Shown here: one piece after another, positions 24,901-38,839 of the stretch
Position numbering within the stretch: the stretch's first letter is position 1
Layout of the letters: every line of letters begins with the position of its first letter
Assembly (NCBI RefSeq): GCF_964355755.1
Contig: NC_092672.1
Coordinates: 32,370,437-32,434,436, forward strand
Direction of reading: 5' to 3'
DNA from: Antedon mediterranea
Taxonomy: Eukaryota > Animalia > Echinodermata
Length of the DNA: 64,000 nt
Translations under genes and position numbers: made by a program
The notes under the pieces: generated by a model
Seen by the model: the letters and a program-made list of their open reading frames with translations, nothing else
Databases searched by the model: none
Told to the model about the DNA's origin: nothing

Positions 24901-27371
24901 ATCATAATGGCTTGTCTCACTTTTTTCTCACAGATACACAGGACTTATAATAAATAGCAATGCATTCCCACAATGGGCAAGACTTATAAATCAAATTCAA
25001 TAGTACTGTACAAATGGTATATAGACCAAGACACAGTGGTAGGGTCCAGATGGCAATTATGTTTGGATATGAACAATGGAGTCATATTACTGAATAGTGA
25101 CGAAGGGCAATGATGAATGCAACTGTTCCTATATTCCACACAAAAACAGAACACCAACAAAAAGAAAAATAAACTCTGTATTGTCTGAAAAATTAATATC
25201 CTATAGAATTGAGGATAATGGAACATTGTACCAAATGAAACAGTATTTTTGTGTGTAGATTTACAGTACAATATTGTTGGTAAAATATTTTAATTTATTC
25301 TGTTAATGTCATAAAATACACCAAAATAATCCAAGGGTTAAATTTAAAGAACATAAAAAGTCTTTAAAGTAACATTTATTAATGAACTACATAGGCAGAT
25401 AAATTATTTAAGTGAAACTTAAAAATGTAAAAAAAAATAACTGAATAAAGTTCAGATCTGAAAATGGTGGAAGGAGGCTGCTGGCCAATTGAGTTTTCTA
25501 CAACATGGAGGTAAATTCTACAGTATGGGCATAATGCAGGGACCTGGGTAATAAACATATTTATAATTCAGCTGAGTTCCAGCACATCAATAGATATACT
25601 ATTATATATAGTAAAACACTGTAGGGCAGGTGGCTAAAGGTTATAGGTTAAAAAAAATAACAGTACTTTAAGGTACTGTAGGTAGGAGCTAGTTGAAATT
25701 AGGCTGAATGGAAGACATTAAACTTAAGTGGTTGAAAGTTTAAAAGTGGGTATCCTTGCTAACATCTACATAGACCTAGCACAATTAAATCTTGGTGTCG
25801 AATACATATTCTCCTTAAATCACAAATTGTCTACAATTATTTTATACAGCATAGGAGTTCCTTAGTGAAGCTGGATTCTGTAGTTATATTGATTTTGTCA
25901 TTAATATACCCAGAGTCTTACCTTTGTCAAGATCAATACCATTTCCTTAATTAAATGCACCAATATTTTTATTGAGCACACTATAGTATATAGAATATGC
26001 TCAAGAAAGTATCAATGTAGACTTACAGACTTATGTGTTTTAAGGTCTGTCTACACTATCAATCTAGTTTGACAAAATGTGCCCAAATGTTGTAGTGATA
26101 TACACAAACACACATGAAGTTTGTAGACAGAGCCTTATTTATACTGCACCTAGAAGTTAATAGAAGGGTATAGTGTTGATCATAGCAAATATGCTTAGCA
26201 TCATCAGCCTTCAATTCAATAATATGGATGCATCGCTTTGGGGGAGGGGGTCTGGGTAGGGGATGGGTGGATAGTGTACATTGGATGCAAGTTGGCTAAG
26301 GTTAGCATCTAGTTAGCAAATATGTACACAGCATGTGTTAAATTATTCCATGTGGCAATGTGAGATACATTACTGTACTGACTGTGGTCTTTGGGTGTGG
26401 GTAAAAGAATGATGATATTATATTCGCCGCGTATTATATTATTATTCACATAATTATGGACCTTATATGTCAGTCATCATAGCTGAAATCAAACCTTGTG
26501 TTAAAAATGTATTATCTAGTTGATGACAGTAGGCCTAGTACTGTTCATGTTATTATTTGCACTTCCTGGTTAAACCAATAAAATTGAGAACTAATTTCAG
26601 TGGTGGGTACTTAACTCTATATTAAAATATCATTAAACTTTTTTTTTTATTCAACTTAAGTGGATAGGCCTACTACTAGTACTAGTAGGCCTATGATTAT
26701 GATAGGTAGATACTTTGTTTTATCAATAATTTTAGTAGATATTCACTAATTTAATCATATACACAGAGAGAGACTAGGCCTAGTGACAGTGTAGGCATGC
26801 CTAGCATTATTTGATTAATTAACTTAATCATAGGCATAAACTTCAACAATACTACACTGGACCAGCACAAATAAAACATGGTGTCATTTAATATTATTGA
26901 GAATACAGCTGTACGAATAAAACCGTTCAGCCGGCCAATGAATGATACGCGGCGGCGAGTACATAGCTAGGTAAACGAAAAGTAAATCACTTTGTGTTTA
27001 TGTCATTATTATAGTTCACGACAACACCATAAAATAAGTTTAAATTTGGAGGGATTTTTAAATTTCTTGAAGAAATAAGTATTATACCTGCTTATCCAAG
27101 TAATATTTGGATAAATAGTCGCTAGGTATGGGTGCATAAGGGGGTTTTAGACTTGGTGCAAAAATAATCTCACACAGCATCCGGCCGATAATTGGTGACC
27201 CGATCAATGTGAACTCACGATTTTTTCCACTTCTTCCCCAGGGGTAAGATATGTCTCCATTTTGACTTTCTTCCCATCTGAGACGCCATCCTCATTTTTC
27301 TTGTTGGGTTTTCTTCTTCTCTTTTTAGCTTCTGCCGTTTTCGGTACATCGTTGTTTGCTGCTTTAGGCAT
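18986..27371 (-). CDS. RCC2: Protein RCC2 (TD-60) homologue, 488 aa; complement(join(18986..19241,19656..19761,20837..21017,21494..21660,21803..21917,22544..22653,22865..22996,23082..23328,27219..27371))
   Basis: GELLFCGGTNWDLTGR, NLWSPHR, SWGRNDKEQLGHGD, AACGRNHTL, FAFGENKFGQLGLG, YDGQPITKVACGGDFS, YSFGHPEYSQLGHNNDG, KRVFTWGFGGYGRLGH, TMYPKPVQDL.GW, AADESLISWGPSPTYGELGYG are diagnostic of RCC2. Basic NLS-like N-terminus. All splice phases are consistent. Confidence 0.96.
19831..20009. mobile_element. Harbinger/Tourist-like MITE (TAA TSD) in an RCC2 intron; its left end plus flank is duplicated at about 20102-20230
   Basis: taa|AGCGTGGTTCCCACTAG ... CTAGTGGGAACCAAGCT|taa. Degenerate relatives at about 36925-37060 and about 55680. 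Confidence 0.8.
22095..22340 (-). mobile_element. tRNA-derived SINE with Deu/Nin-type central core
   Basis: Minus strand: A-box-like AGCCGAGCGGTT, core TCGGATAAGGACTATAAACCGTAG.TCC...GCACTTTAAAGAACC, LINE-like tail ...GGTCGCCCAGTATAAATAAAAT. It interrupts a degenerate intronic repeat (tccaatactcaattgtaaatg). Confidence 0.65.
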
Positions 27372-27932
27372 TCTGATGGTGGTTTTATTGGCACGAAATA
27401 TTTTACTTTTCGTACCCTGCAACGTTACCGTATTGTAAAGATAGGCCTATAATGCACAAAGAACACGCTCCTGAAACAAAACATAAACGCGGGAAATGAG
27501 CCCTCTTTAGTTTTGTTAGAATCGTTTCATAACTGTTAGATTGTTAGAGTTCATTTTCATTTCGATTTGATTGGATTTCTAAGAATCACGTGAGGAATTA
27601 AAGTACAAGTCAAAAAGAGGGCAGCAAATGAATTTTCCAGGATAAACAAAACTGTCTTATTCAGTGCCATTTCATGATGCAATAGTATGTAATAGGCCTA
27701 TAGAATATTAACTAAATTGTTATATTTGTTATAAGTTCTTGCCTGTAAATTGTAAGTTTGTTCACCTGCAGTAATAGGGGGTTGTATTCAATCCATCAGG
27801 ATGTGTACGTATATATGCTGCCTCTAGTCTTGGACGTCCTTCCAGTAGTAGTAATAACTAGCCTACTAGAAAATAGTAGCACCAGTCTACTAGTACTCTA
27901 AAAGTTTATTGTCACAAAATTTTTAAGAAATT
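27372..27932. promoter_or_regulatory. Bidirectional promoter / 5' UTR region shared by RCC2 and C7orf25
   Basis: Divergent start codons about 560 bp apart. E2F-like GCGGGAAA at 27489-27496, ATTGG at 27570-27574, TCACGTGA E-box at 27586-27593. Confidence 0.65.
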
Positions 27933-30577
27933 ATGGAATCAATTCAACCACTTATTGATAAAGCTCATGAGCTGATACAACGAGCGGAGCAACTTCAATT
28001 GAAGGAACCCTCTGTACGAAGTGTTCCTAAACTGAGTAAAAGAATTAAAGCAGAACTCAACTTCCTACACACTGTAAGTCACATGGAATGGAGAAGAAGA
28101 GCTCTATAAGTTCTATTGATAGGCCTAAAAACTAAAGTTGTGGCACACCTTCTAAATTGTTTAATTTCTTTCAGCTCCAAAGTGGAGATGTCGAGTTGAA
28201 AGAGAACCAGTTGCAAAGTACCAACCTCACCCATTTGGAGGCAGTGCTCTCTGCTGCTGAAAGTTTTCCAGGTGTCAGTGACATCTTCTCTGCTAAGCAT
28301 GCCACAGATGAGAAGGGGAATCAGAAGACACTGGTCATTGATGTCATTGCCAATCATGGTGCCATCTGGGTAAAGGTAACTGCCAGAAGAGGACATGCAC
28401 TGTACAGAGTCTGGCAAGGTGCGATTATTTTTATATATTTGAACAAACCATAGTACCATGAAACGGTGTTGGAAAAGAAGCATGCATTGCGCATGCATGT
28501 TTTAAATCTAGAGTACTACCTAGTATACAGTAATCAATAAGGTTATTTTGAAATAGTAATAAGCTTAAATCTAAATAATAACGAAAAAAATAAGTGTGCA
28601 TACAAGATTATAAAAACAGTTTACATTCTCGAATACATAATGAGCTAATTAAAATAAAGTATGAATAATTAATGTTTTGCAGGTGAGGGTGATTATGGCG
28701 ATAAAGATATAGTTGAACAGGCGCTAGAATACAACAACTTTGCTTCCTCTAATCCAGTCAAGTTCATCGTCCCAAAAGTACATGTTATGTTTCTCAAGGG
28801 TTTACCTTCTGAGGTCAAAGGTTAGCATAAATAAGGTTGAATTCACAATGAACTTATTAATAATTTCAATTTTATGAATGGAAAATGTGTATGGTGAAAA
28901 ATGTTAAATTTAAAATCATATTCTCTGTAAAAATAGGTGAACTGGAATCAGTTGGCATAGCAACACACGGCCATGTCTTAAGCAATTCAGATGATCATAG
29001 AATTGATGTTCCCTGTTTTGATTGGTCAGTTTTAGAAGAGGTTAGTTACTGAGGTTAGTTACCAAACTGAGTATTGGAACATAACCTATAAGGAATTTAG
29101 TCGGTGTAAAATCATTTATATTTACTTCTCAGCTAAAGGTCATACATGCTGGTGACCCACGGCGAAATCGGGTGAATTTGGACGTATCAACCATGATAGC
29201 AATGACCAGCAACCTTACCCATAATGGATGTTGGTTTGATTACCCAGAATGCCTTTTGATAAATGATCAGGCAATAGAGGAAAGGTGTCACCCTCAACTG
29301 ACCGCACTTTATAACATTCTAAAAGGTATTGGTAAACACTGGCATAGTTACTTGGTGGGGGTCTTCTAATTCCACTCAATTTGTAAAGCATTGTCAATTG
29401 ATGATCAATTATTGTTTGTGATGTCATTTCCTCTTTCTTCAGGTAAACAACTATTTGCCTGTTCAACAGCCATTACAATCTACAAAGGCATTGTCAGCAA
29501 TGTTGCAGGTCCAATGGAACAAGCCAGAGCCAAGACACTGCTAACAAAAGTCACAATTGTTGATGACTGTGTATCAAAAAGAACACAGGAGTTGGGATGG
29601 AGTAATAAGATCAAGGAAAGGCCAAAGGTTAATAATAAATTACATTTTGCCTTGACGGTTATTCATGACATTATTGCATTGCTTTGTGGGATACTCTACT
29701 TTATCCATGATATAATATTGCATTGTGGGATACTCTACTTTATCCATGATATAATATTGCATTGTGAGATACTCTACTTTATCCATGATATAATATTGCA
29801 TTGTGGGATACTCTACTTTATCCATGATATAATATTGCATTGTGGGATACTCTACTTTATCCATGATATAATATTGCATTGTGAGATACTCTACTTTATC
29901 CATGATATAATATTGCATTGTGGGATACTCTACTTTATCCATGATATAATATTGCTTTGTGGGATACTCTACTTTATCCATGATATAATATTGCATTGTG
30001 GGATACTCTACTTTATCCATGATATAATATTGCATTGTGGGATACTCTACTTTATCCATGATATAATATTGCATTGTGGGATACTCTACTTTATCCATGA
30101 TATAATATTGCATTGTGGGATACTCTACTTTATCCATGATATAATATTGCTTTGTGGGATACTCTATTTTATCCATGATATAATATTGCATTGTGAGATA
30201 CTCTATTATTTTATCCATGACATATTGCATTGTGGGATACTCTACTTTATCCATAACATATTGCATTGTGGAAACTCTTTGTATCAATCACATTGCATTG
30301 TGGGATATTCTACTGCATCCATGACATAATTCTATTTTTGATAACATTTTAGATCATTTTCGGTACTGGAGATGCTTTGGAGATGGTCACGGTTTCTGCA
30401 AACGGATCGTTCATTCGTTCAGCTAGTAAGCATAACATAACGTATGCAGTTGATCTCCACCAATCACGTACGTTTACTGAGAGGAAAGAAGCACAAGCTG
30501 TAACAATAAAGAAAGATGATTCATTTAAAAGGATTAACTTAGAACAGATATTAAAAGATTTACTTAATCCAAGCTGA
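27933..30577 (+). CDS. C7orf25: UPF0415 protein C7orf25 homologue (DUF1308/PIN-like), 409 aa; join(27933..28073,28175..28418,28683..28820,28937..29040,29133..29325,29443..29627,30353..30577)
   Basis: KL.KRIKAELNFL, KENQLQSTNLTHLEAV, VIDVIANHGAIWVKVTAR..ALYRVWQGEGDYGDKDIVEQA, RVNLDVSTMIAMTSNLTHNGC, QAIEER, GKQLFAC.TA, AGPMEQARA, IIFGTGDAL..VTVSANGSFIRSA, HQSRTFTERKE. GT-AG introns are in phase. Confidence 0.92.
29660..30330. repeat. 39-bp minisatellite (about 16-17 copies) filling the last intron of C7orf25
   Basis: Unit tccatgatataatattgcattgtgggatactctacttta. It produces the 13-aa periodic ORFs on both strands. Confidence 0.95.
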
Positions 30578-31887
30578 GCTAAAAATCTAAAACCAGAGAG
30601 ACATTTATTAAAGAAACGTTTATTTAAATGAGATAGTGTACAAGATTTACACAGGTCACTCAATGACCTTTTACCGAAAGAAATCTCAGGTATTCAAAAA
30701 TTTCATTTTATTTTCTATATACTTTTAATTTAATATATATATTTCATTTTTTAATCTACATAAATATTAAAACATCTGGAAAGTCATTTGAACGTAGGTT
30801 ATCAGTTGCAACAGAAATGGCAATACTATGATATGTAAAATATTAAGTCTAGCGCCCTCTATTGAAGAATATTTTGAGAAAAAGATCTTTAGAAAGATTA
30901 AGAAAAAAGGAAATATTATTTTATAAATAAAAAGAGAAGTATTAATTTGAAAAAAAATGAGTGATCATGTATTTTCTTTTAAAAGTTACTTTCCAAATTG
31001 GTATCTGCTTTAAACCTCATCATACACCCTTAATTTGCATAGACATTAGAGGTGGCAGAATACAACCCTCCATCAGCAGATTCATTTTAAATAGTTTGCT
31101 GTATAATAGAAATAAAAAATTTCACTTTGCACTACACTTTCTCGAATCTTTTAAGAAATGTGTGGTCAAAGAAAATCATGTTTGAAATTCTTGTTTGACC
31201 GTTTATCTCCATATTGGCATTAAAGGAAAAGGTGAGTCCCATTATTCTTTCTGAAAATAAGAAATGAGATATTACTGTAGGCAGTTCTTTGATACTAAAG
31301 CCTCAGAATTATGTTGTAGGGTGGTCATGCCGCCTTATCCTCCCCAATATTTTTCAACCATTTACTTAGTCATTTAGTTGTTCTTACTAATAATTGAACC
31401 TGGGCCTTTCTGTCAGTGGCTTAATGCAGGGGGAAAAGGGCCCTCCAACGTTGGGTAGTTGCATTTCGGCTACTCATGCTCTGAGACCCCTTGAGCCTTT
31501 GGGCACCTGGGGGTTTAGCCAGTGAGCGCTTCTCATAGCTGCTTTCTGTATGATAATGGTGTCAGAATAACTACTCTACTATTATTTAACTGAAGTTATA
31601 AGTTGAACTCTTTGTAAACTGCGTGCTAGGTAAAGTGTGGTAAAGTTGTCGCTTAATAATAGCAAATGTCTCATACTTCTAAGAAAAGCCTTGGAACTTC
31701 AACCTACGCTTATCAATCCAGCGACGGCAATACTAGCCAATTAAAATGATTTTCTGTACAAATAACATAAAACTATTACATCAAAGCTTTGAAATTGATC
31801 ACTGTGGATACAATTTCCCAGAGGTGCCAACTTAAAGTTGCAATAAAAATGAGAATTCTAAATCGTAGCTTAAGATGAACAGATAAA

Positions 31888-32195
31888 TTGCATTCTACGG
31901 CTTAGTCATCATGCCGACTTGGATCAGATACATCGGAGACACAAGAATATATATATATCACTTATATTGCATTCTACGGCTTAGTTATCATGCCGACTTG
32001 AATCAGATACATCGGAGACACATAGATATACATATATATCACTTATATTGCATTCTATGGCTTAGTCATCAAGACGACTTGAATCAGATACATCGGAGAC
32101 ACAAGAATATATATATATCACTTATATTGCATTCTATGGCTTAGTCATTATGTCGGCTTAGATTGGATACATCTGAGACACAAGAATATATAAAA
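31888..32195. repeat. Tandem repeat of about 80 bp, about 4 copies
   Basis: ttgcattcta.ggcttagtcatcatgccgacttg.atcagatacatcggagacaca..atatatatatcacttata repeated. Confidence 0.9.
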
Positions 32196-32521
32196 ATATA
32201 TTCATTAGAGTCATATTCACTTACTACTATCAGGCATGTGTCAATTTCTGTTGTTTTTTTTTAAACGTATTAATATTCTGGTAGGTATTCCCAATTTTCC
32301 ACAACCTATCATTATTGAGTATTAAACAAAACCGATCAAAGCTGTACATTTGTTCTCCTCCGAAATTGATAGTATAGACATAGGTTAAATAAAAAAAAAC
32401 ATCTGTATTATGACAATCATGTGAGGAACATTCATGAATTTAAGTATCAAATTTATGATCATGAGGTCATAAATTTATAAAATGCGTGTAGGCCCAATAC
32501 ATGAAGACAATTAATAACAGG

Positions 32522-32611
32522 CAGTGGCGTAACGACTATGAGCGCTAACTGGCTAAACGCTGGAGGGCCCCTTAGGAGTGCTAAAACAGTGGCCTATGCA
32601 TTACGCCACTG
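32522..32611. mobile_element. hAT-like MITE
   Basis: CAGTGGCGTAA...TTACGCCACTG TIR; degenerate 8-bp TSD (ataacagg / ttaatagg). A diverged inverted relative lies at about 31413-31545. Confidence 0.65.
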
Positions 32612-35600
32612 TTAATAGGGCTGCTTCCTTAATAGAGGTAGGGATTGGCCATATTATTAAGACATTTTTTATTTTATGGACAAGTTTCCCCTTAATAGGG
32701 GTGTCTCAAAGGAAGGGGGTCCTCAAAGGACTTCTCTCAAAATTAAAAAAAAATACACCTTTTCGGTCATGTTTTCATCTGCAGAAACAGATTTTATTTT
32801 TTTCTGTTATTCATATTTTAGATTATGAAGTTTATTATTATTTTCTTCAATGCATTTCCTTTCTTTTTTATTTGTGTTTTTTTTTGTCGCGGCTCACCCA
32901 ACTCAAAATGTTTCCCAACATCTTTCAGGGCTTTTGCCTTCATTTTCTGAAACATTTTTTTAATTTATAATACTGTACCATATTGTTTCTTTGTTGTTAC
33001 TCTATGTATTCAGATTTTGTAAATAAATGTTTATTGAATTGAATTGAGATCTTCTTTACATTAGATACCTTAATAGAGGTTCGTAAAAAGAAAGACCAGA
33101 GTTATAATGGAGCAACAGTATTATTTGCTTATAAATATACAATATGTTGAAGGGAAAAAAAGGAATATTGAGTATCTAGTCATGTATGTATAGTTCTTGT
33201 ACATTATATTAATATTAATTTATTAAAAAAATATTATGTATGGTCATGATAAAACCTTAAATTCTAGGCCTATATTAATTTGATTAAAAGCAACATTTAA
33301 AACAGCACATCGACATTAAGTGTTCCAAAGAGTGGCAAAAGAGTTGGTGGATCTGTTGTCCACTATCAAATGTCAACTGTACACTGTCAGATGTCCAATG
33401 TCCACCATAACTTGTGGCAATTCTTATTAAAATATAAGTACCGTATATTTTATAAAGACTATTTTCAGCCTATCTTTTCATATTCATAATCTATTTGCAA
33501 GAAGTCAAACACTTTTGTAAATTATAAAAACAAATAAAATATTATTGTGAATATTTATGTGACAAGAGAAACATTAATGACTTATAACAAAAAGAAGTAC
33601 CAGGGAATATTTCTCCAGGTTGCAAATACTCTATTTCTTTTTTTTCTCTCCATTTTTTAAAAAATGTTCCAAATTTTTTTCTATTAGTAGTATTGTATTG
33701 AAGGCGGTTTAATATGGTTATAATTATGCACCCTTACATCCTGTCTTTTTAATCTTTTTTTTAATACAACATGGTTGTCGGCCATATGCTGTCACGGTTC
33801 AGTGAACATAATACCAGCTGCCCTTTCCTCCATTTATTCCACTCCCCTTCCAATGATTCACAAGTTGATTTAATTATCTACTATCTATACACAAATAAAA
33901 AGTTTTAAATTATTTTTAAATTATTTCAGTGTAAATTTGTTCCCTTGAAGTAAACCTATAATGCTGAATATATTTTGGATGAACTGGATGTAGGGTCAGG
34001 GAGGTCAATTTACCCCTGCAACATCAATAATAATATGAGACAACATTGACCTAGGCCTACCTTTGACCCCCAGATACTGTTGCATGTACTTCTGTTTATG
34101 AGTAGAGAATTTTAACTGTTATTGAACATTTACCTTGTTTCTGCTGTCAAGAAATTGGGTGAACTAATTGATTCACATGGTTATCAAATGTTAATAATCT
34201 TTCTTTTTTCTTGCCAGAAACATTTCAGCCTTCCACCACTTGTGTTATCGCTTTTTAAAATTTACTGTCAACCTTGACCCTTGACCCAATGCTTTGATTT
34301 GTAGCAATGGCATCCATTTTACAGCCTTCTGCTCCTTATTATACCGTACATGAATTATTTTACAGCCTACATTATTAATTTATGTATGTTCCTTCTGTTA
34401 TACAGTACACTACAATGCCATTATGTTCATAAAATATACTATAACATATTACTGAATAATTTTTCTCGTTTGAGTGGTTTGCGTGTAATACACTGTACGA
34501 CATTAGTCGTGATAATAGACAAATCGTGTTCTTTTACATTCCTCATTAACAGTCAACATTATTGCTTACTTATTTTAAATTATTCTTCGCAGTAAAGTGA
34601 CTCTTGCGTCAATATCGTTAATCTCTTCATCTTTTTTACAAAAATTCATAAAAATTCATAAAAAAAAAACAATTGAAAACACTGTAATCATCTTTGTCAA
34701 TAGAACGTTTATTTTGTCGTATATATATATATTTATATTTCTCAATAGTTCCCATTTAATAATGAGAAAACTTATATATAACGTCGGAATTCTGTACAAC
34801 TACAAAAAGTGGATCAATTTATTAACTCATGAAACATTTGACGTTAACAAGTAAACCCGTGGTGACGCAATGATCCCGTCAACTTAAACCAGCATATATG
34901 TCTCAATCGCATCGACAGCAGCAATCCATTCGTCACATAAAAGCAGTTTTTATCACGAAATGATAAATTGACTACGCACTCAGTACATTAGCATTATAAG
35001 CCAATCATATTACAGCTTTCACCCAGGATATTTCTATTATCATCAGGATGAATACTTAATTACCAACTGCTTATTAGTACACACATAATATTGCATGTGT
35101 ATTCAAGCTGCCAGGATAGTTATATTTTATTAAGCATTAGATTATATCGTAATCAGTTCAAATTCAACAAATTTGCTTATTATTATTATTACAACAACAA
35201 TATGCCAATTGGATATTGGTGGATTGTGATGAACAATCAACTGCACCAATATAATAGCTCTATCAGACATATATGTCCAACTTGGCAAAAACACATGGCA
35301 CACATCGTTATATGGGGACAAGTATTGTAATATTAAATGCATATTATACACATGTATGATATATGTGAAGCACCAATTAGTTAAGTGAAAATATAACAAC
35401 ATAATAGAAAAACCACTTAATTGAATACGCGAGTAAAAAAATATTAATTCTTACAATAGAACCTTGTACGAATTCATAATAATGTTTTAAAATAAATCAC
35501 CTTTAAGATAAAACAATTTTACACAATTCTTGAGCATTATAAAGCGATTTTAGTTTTTTTTTTAAATTGGTACGTTTTTTTTTGCGATCTTCTTTGTAAG

Positions 35601-35696
35601 TTACATCAAAAGTTAAATACCAACAATTTTACCGAGTGACCATGATGTTCGTAATATTTTATATGTAGAAAAGTATTCCATCTGAACTTGCTCATG

Positions 35697-35869
35697 CAGG
35701 GAATAACTTCGTCAGTGTAGCAAAAAAAAGCTATACAAAACAACCTTTTTGCTACACATTTCTACAATTGTGTAGCAAAAAATACAATACAAAACTATGT
35801 TTCTTGACTAAAAAATCAGTTTGATTCGCAATTTTGCTAAACAAAATTTTCAAATGAAATTTTTCCCTG
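35697..35869 (-). mobile_element. Second copy of the CAGGGAA-ended MITE, with 5-bp TSD (TCATG)
   Basis: tcatg|CAGGGAATAACTTC...GAAATTTTTCCCTG|tcatg. It is a diverged reverse complement of 13714-13888. Confidence 0.85.
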
Positions 35870-35904
35870 TCATGGCATATACTGTATGGTATTAATAGCA
35901 ATAC

Positions 35905-36141
35905 TTGCCATATATGGTACAGTAATACTTCATACCATATATGGTACAGTAATACTTCATATACCATATATGGTACAGTAATACTTCATACCATATGGTA
36001 CAGTAATACTTCATACCATATATGGTACAGTAATACTTCATACCATATATGGTACAGTAATACTTCATACCATATATGGTACAGTAATACTTCATACCGT
36101 AACCATATATGGTACAGTAATACTTCATACCATATATGGTA
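35905..36141. repeat. 27-bp minisatellite (about 8-9 copies)
   Basis: Unit ccatatatggtacagtaatacttcata, containing the palindrome taccatatatggta across the junction. Confidence 0.93.
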
Positions 36142-38839
36142 TAATACAGTATATGCCATTATACACTTCCTACTACAAAAAAAAACACATCAGTCTCCGC
36201 TAAAAATTAGATTATGGTTATCAGCTATTGATAATAATTTAAAGTATCTTATTAAATTAAAAATACATAAATACTTTATGTGTACTTTCTTATTAACCCG
36301 TATTATATATCTTACCTCCAAATATGGAAGGGGAAGAATTTATTAAAATCTACATCCTTAAAAATTAAAATAGGTCTTTGTACTAACATTTCAGAAACAT
36401 TGTAAAATCATATTTTTAAAATAATTAAAATGTTAATTTATAAATGTGTTCCTTTTACTAAACTAAAAATAGTGGGAAAAAAATCATTTTCATGTAAATA
36501 AACATAATTTGACACATGTGGCCTTTCATACTTAATAATATCCACATTATTGAAAATGAAAAATGCAGAGTGTTACTGTTAAATACATTAATCATGTCAG
36601 ATGGATTCAAGCCAATAGAGAACCAAGCGGAAAATCCATTCTTTGGGGCCTTGATTGTAAATTTTAAAAATCGCTGTTGACTGCTAAAAATCTGGATCAG
36701 ATATTTTATTCATAATAAATTCAGAATGATTAAAAAAAAATAATTACAAAAATCAATCATTTACAGATATTTCAGATATGGTATGATCAAAATATGATAC
36801 AATTAGTAGGAAAGAATACAATTAATTATGTGTGTGAAATTTTATCAAAGAACTCACTCAGAAATGTTCTTTGGTTTCTTTGTTTATTCTACACACAAAT
36901 CTAAATATTCATGCGAGTTTTAAAGCTTGGCTCCTACTGTCTGCAACAACACAGGTGATTTAACCAATCATAAGCGACAGTTGATCCATCGCGATTGGTC
37001 AAATTACTTGCGGTGCGGGTACGTCCTTGTGTTGCGTACCAAGCCGAAATTTCAAAGATTGAAGATTCAAATTCGACACAAACTAATTGTATGCGTTGTT
37101 TATAAGCAGATGTTCTAGCACTGTATCATTATGCTAATAATATAAAATTCTTTTAATTTTATATAAAATTTTAATTGGTTATTTTGCTTTATTATTGTAT
37201 ATCTAAAGATTCAAATACTATTCATTAAGAATTTAATTATTAATTAACAAGATAATGTACATTGTATTGCATATGGCAGTGAACAGAACAAAATTTAAAA
37301 ATTATTAAGAAGGGTTTAGGAAAAAAAATTATTAGGAATAACTGGAGGAAAAATTATAGTTTAAATCCTGGGTACTACAAACTAAATTGGTAACCTACAA
37401 AAGATCATGTGATATAATGGAGGATATGAAGCAATGCGTCATTTGACCAGTCCCTGTGGTTTTATTGACCTTTGACCCTTTCAATAATCAATCAGAAGAA
37501 GGTAAACTTGTCACATGACTAAGTGCATGTGCCAAGTTCTGTTTTTCTCTTTTAAAAAAGTACCAAACATTTAAAAACCGGAACAGATGCTTCAGCTAAT
37601 AAGTGCAGCTTTTGAACGCAATATTTGCCAAATTTATGATGCTTATTTCTTGTAATATTCAAATTTTATGTGCTGATACATTTACCAGTTTCCTCAGAAA
37701 TATGATAATTAAACTTTATTATAGTATAATTTCAACCTTGCTCATGGTAACAAATTTAAATGTATTTGCTTGTTTGACCTCATTTGACCTCAAGGTTCTG
37801 ATACCATTATATGATATAAAACGGACATTTTTCATATAATTTTGATCAAATAGCGAGTACAATAAATGCCTAGTTTGAGTGACTTTGAGTAAATATTAAG
37901 AGCAAAGAGATAATATCTCTATGATTAGAGGTATGATTCCAAGCATAGAGATGGTTCAAGGTTTTTGCCAAATTTTGGATATCTCTAACGCTATACTACA
38001 TAACTTCTTATTTTAAATTAGTGTAAAATATGAATAAAATTAAAATTTGCATAAACATTAATGTTATGCAAACAATACACTTTGCAAAGGAGTTTTATAT
38101 GAATAATATAATATATTCAAATTTTTATGCAAATTTGAATATTTAAATATTAAAAAGATTGTTTGCAACATTTATATGTAAATGATCCACTTTACATAAG
38201 TGTTTATGCTTAATGAGTTTATAGTCAAAATTATGTAAAATTAGACTATTTTTCAAAAAATACAGATGATTTTTACTAAAACTGGTAACTAGTAGTTTAA
38301 TCAAAATATATTTACATTACCAATTGATTACTGTGGTGAATATACTGCTTTTAATTATAATATATATCTACATCCATTTATAGGATAAAATCACATTTCT
38401 TTATAAGAATAATTTACCAAAAAAAATGATACATAAAATTAATAATAATCTCCAAATGAGTATACAAATTAATCATATTTGTATTGAAAATCATTATTTG
38501 AAATAAACACAATATACAATAAATGACATATTTACATTTAACATACATTTGGCTGCTCATTCGAGCGCGATATACTCTTTGTACACAGAACATACAATCA
38601 TTTACACATAGAATACAATACCCGTTTCATTATTATACTATAATTTTCTAGAGATCCACTGAATCCTATGTAATCCACACACGTACATTTTCACTGGCCA
38701 TCACGATTTCGTTCTTTTCTCATCATATAATTCCTTTATTTTATTTCAGTTTCAGATAAATGTCACAATACTTTGTAGTATTTATCGTGCAAAGTCAGTT
38801 TAAATTCAAAAGTTTTTCTTGTGTTTTTCTTGTATTTTT

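Noticed and set aside
29640-30287. 215-aa minus-strand ORF with MQYYIMDKVEYPT repeats
   Set aside because: Translation of a 39-bp minisatellite; no independent gene features.
35892-36128. MKYYCTIYG-repeat ORF and CRISPR-like look of palindromic repeats
   Set aside because: A head-to-tail 27-bp minisatellite without unique spacers, in a eukaryotic context with no cas genes.
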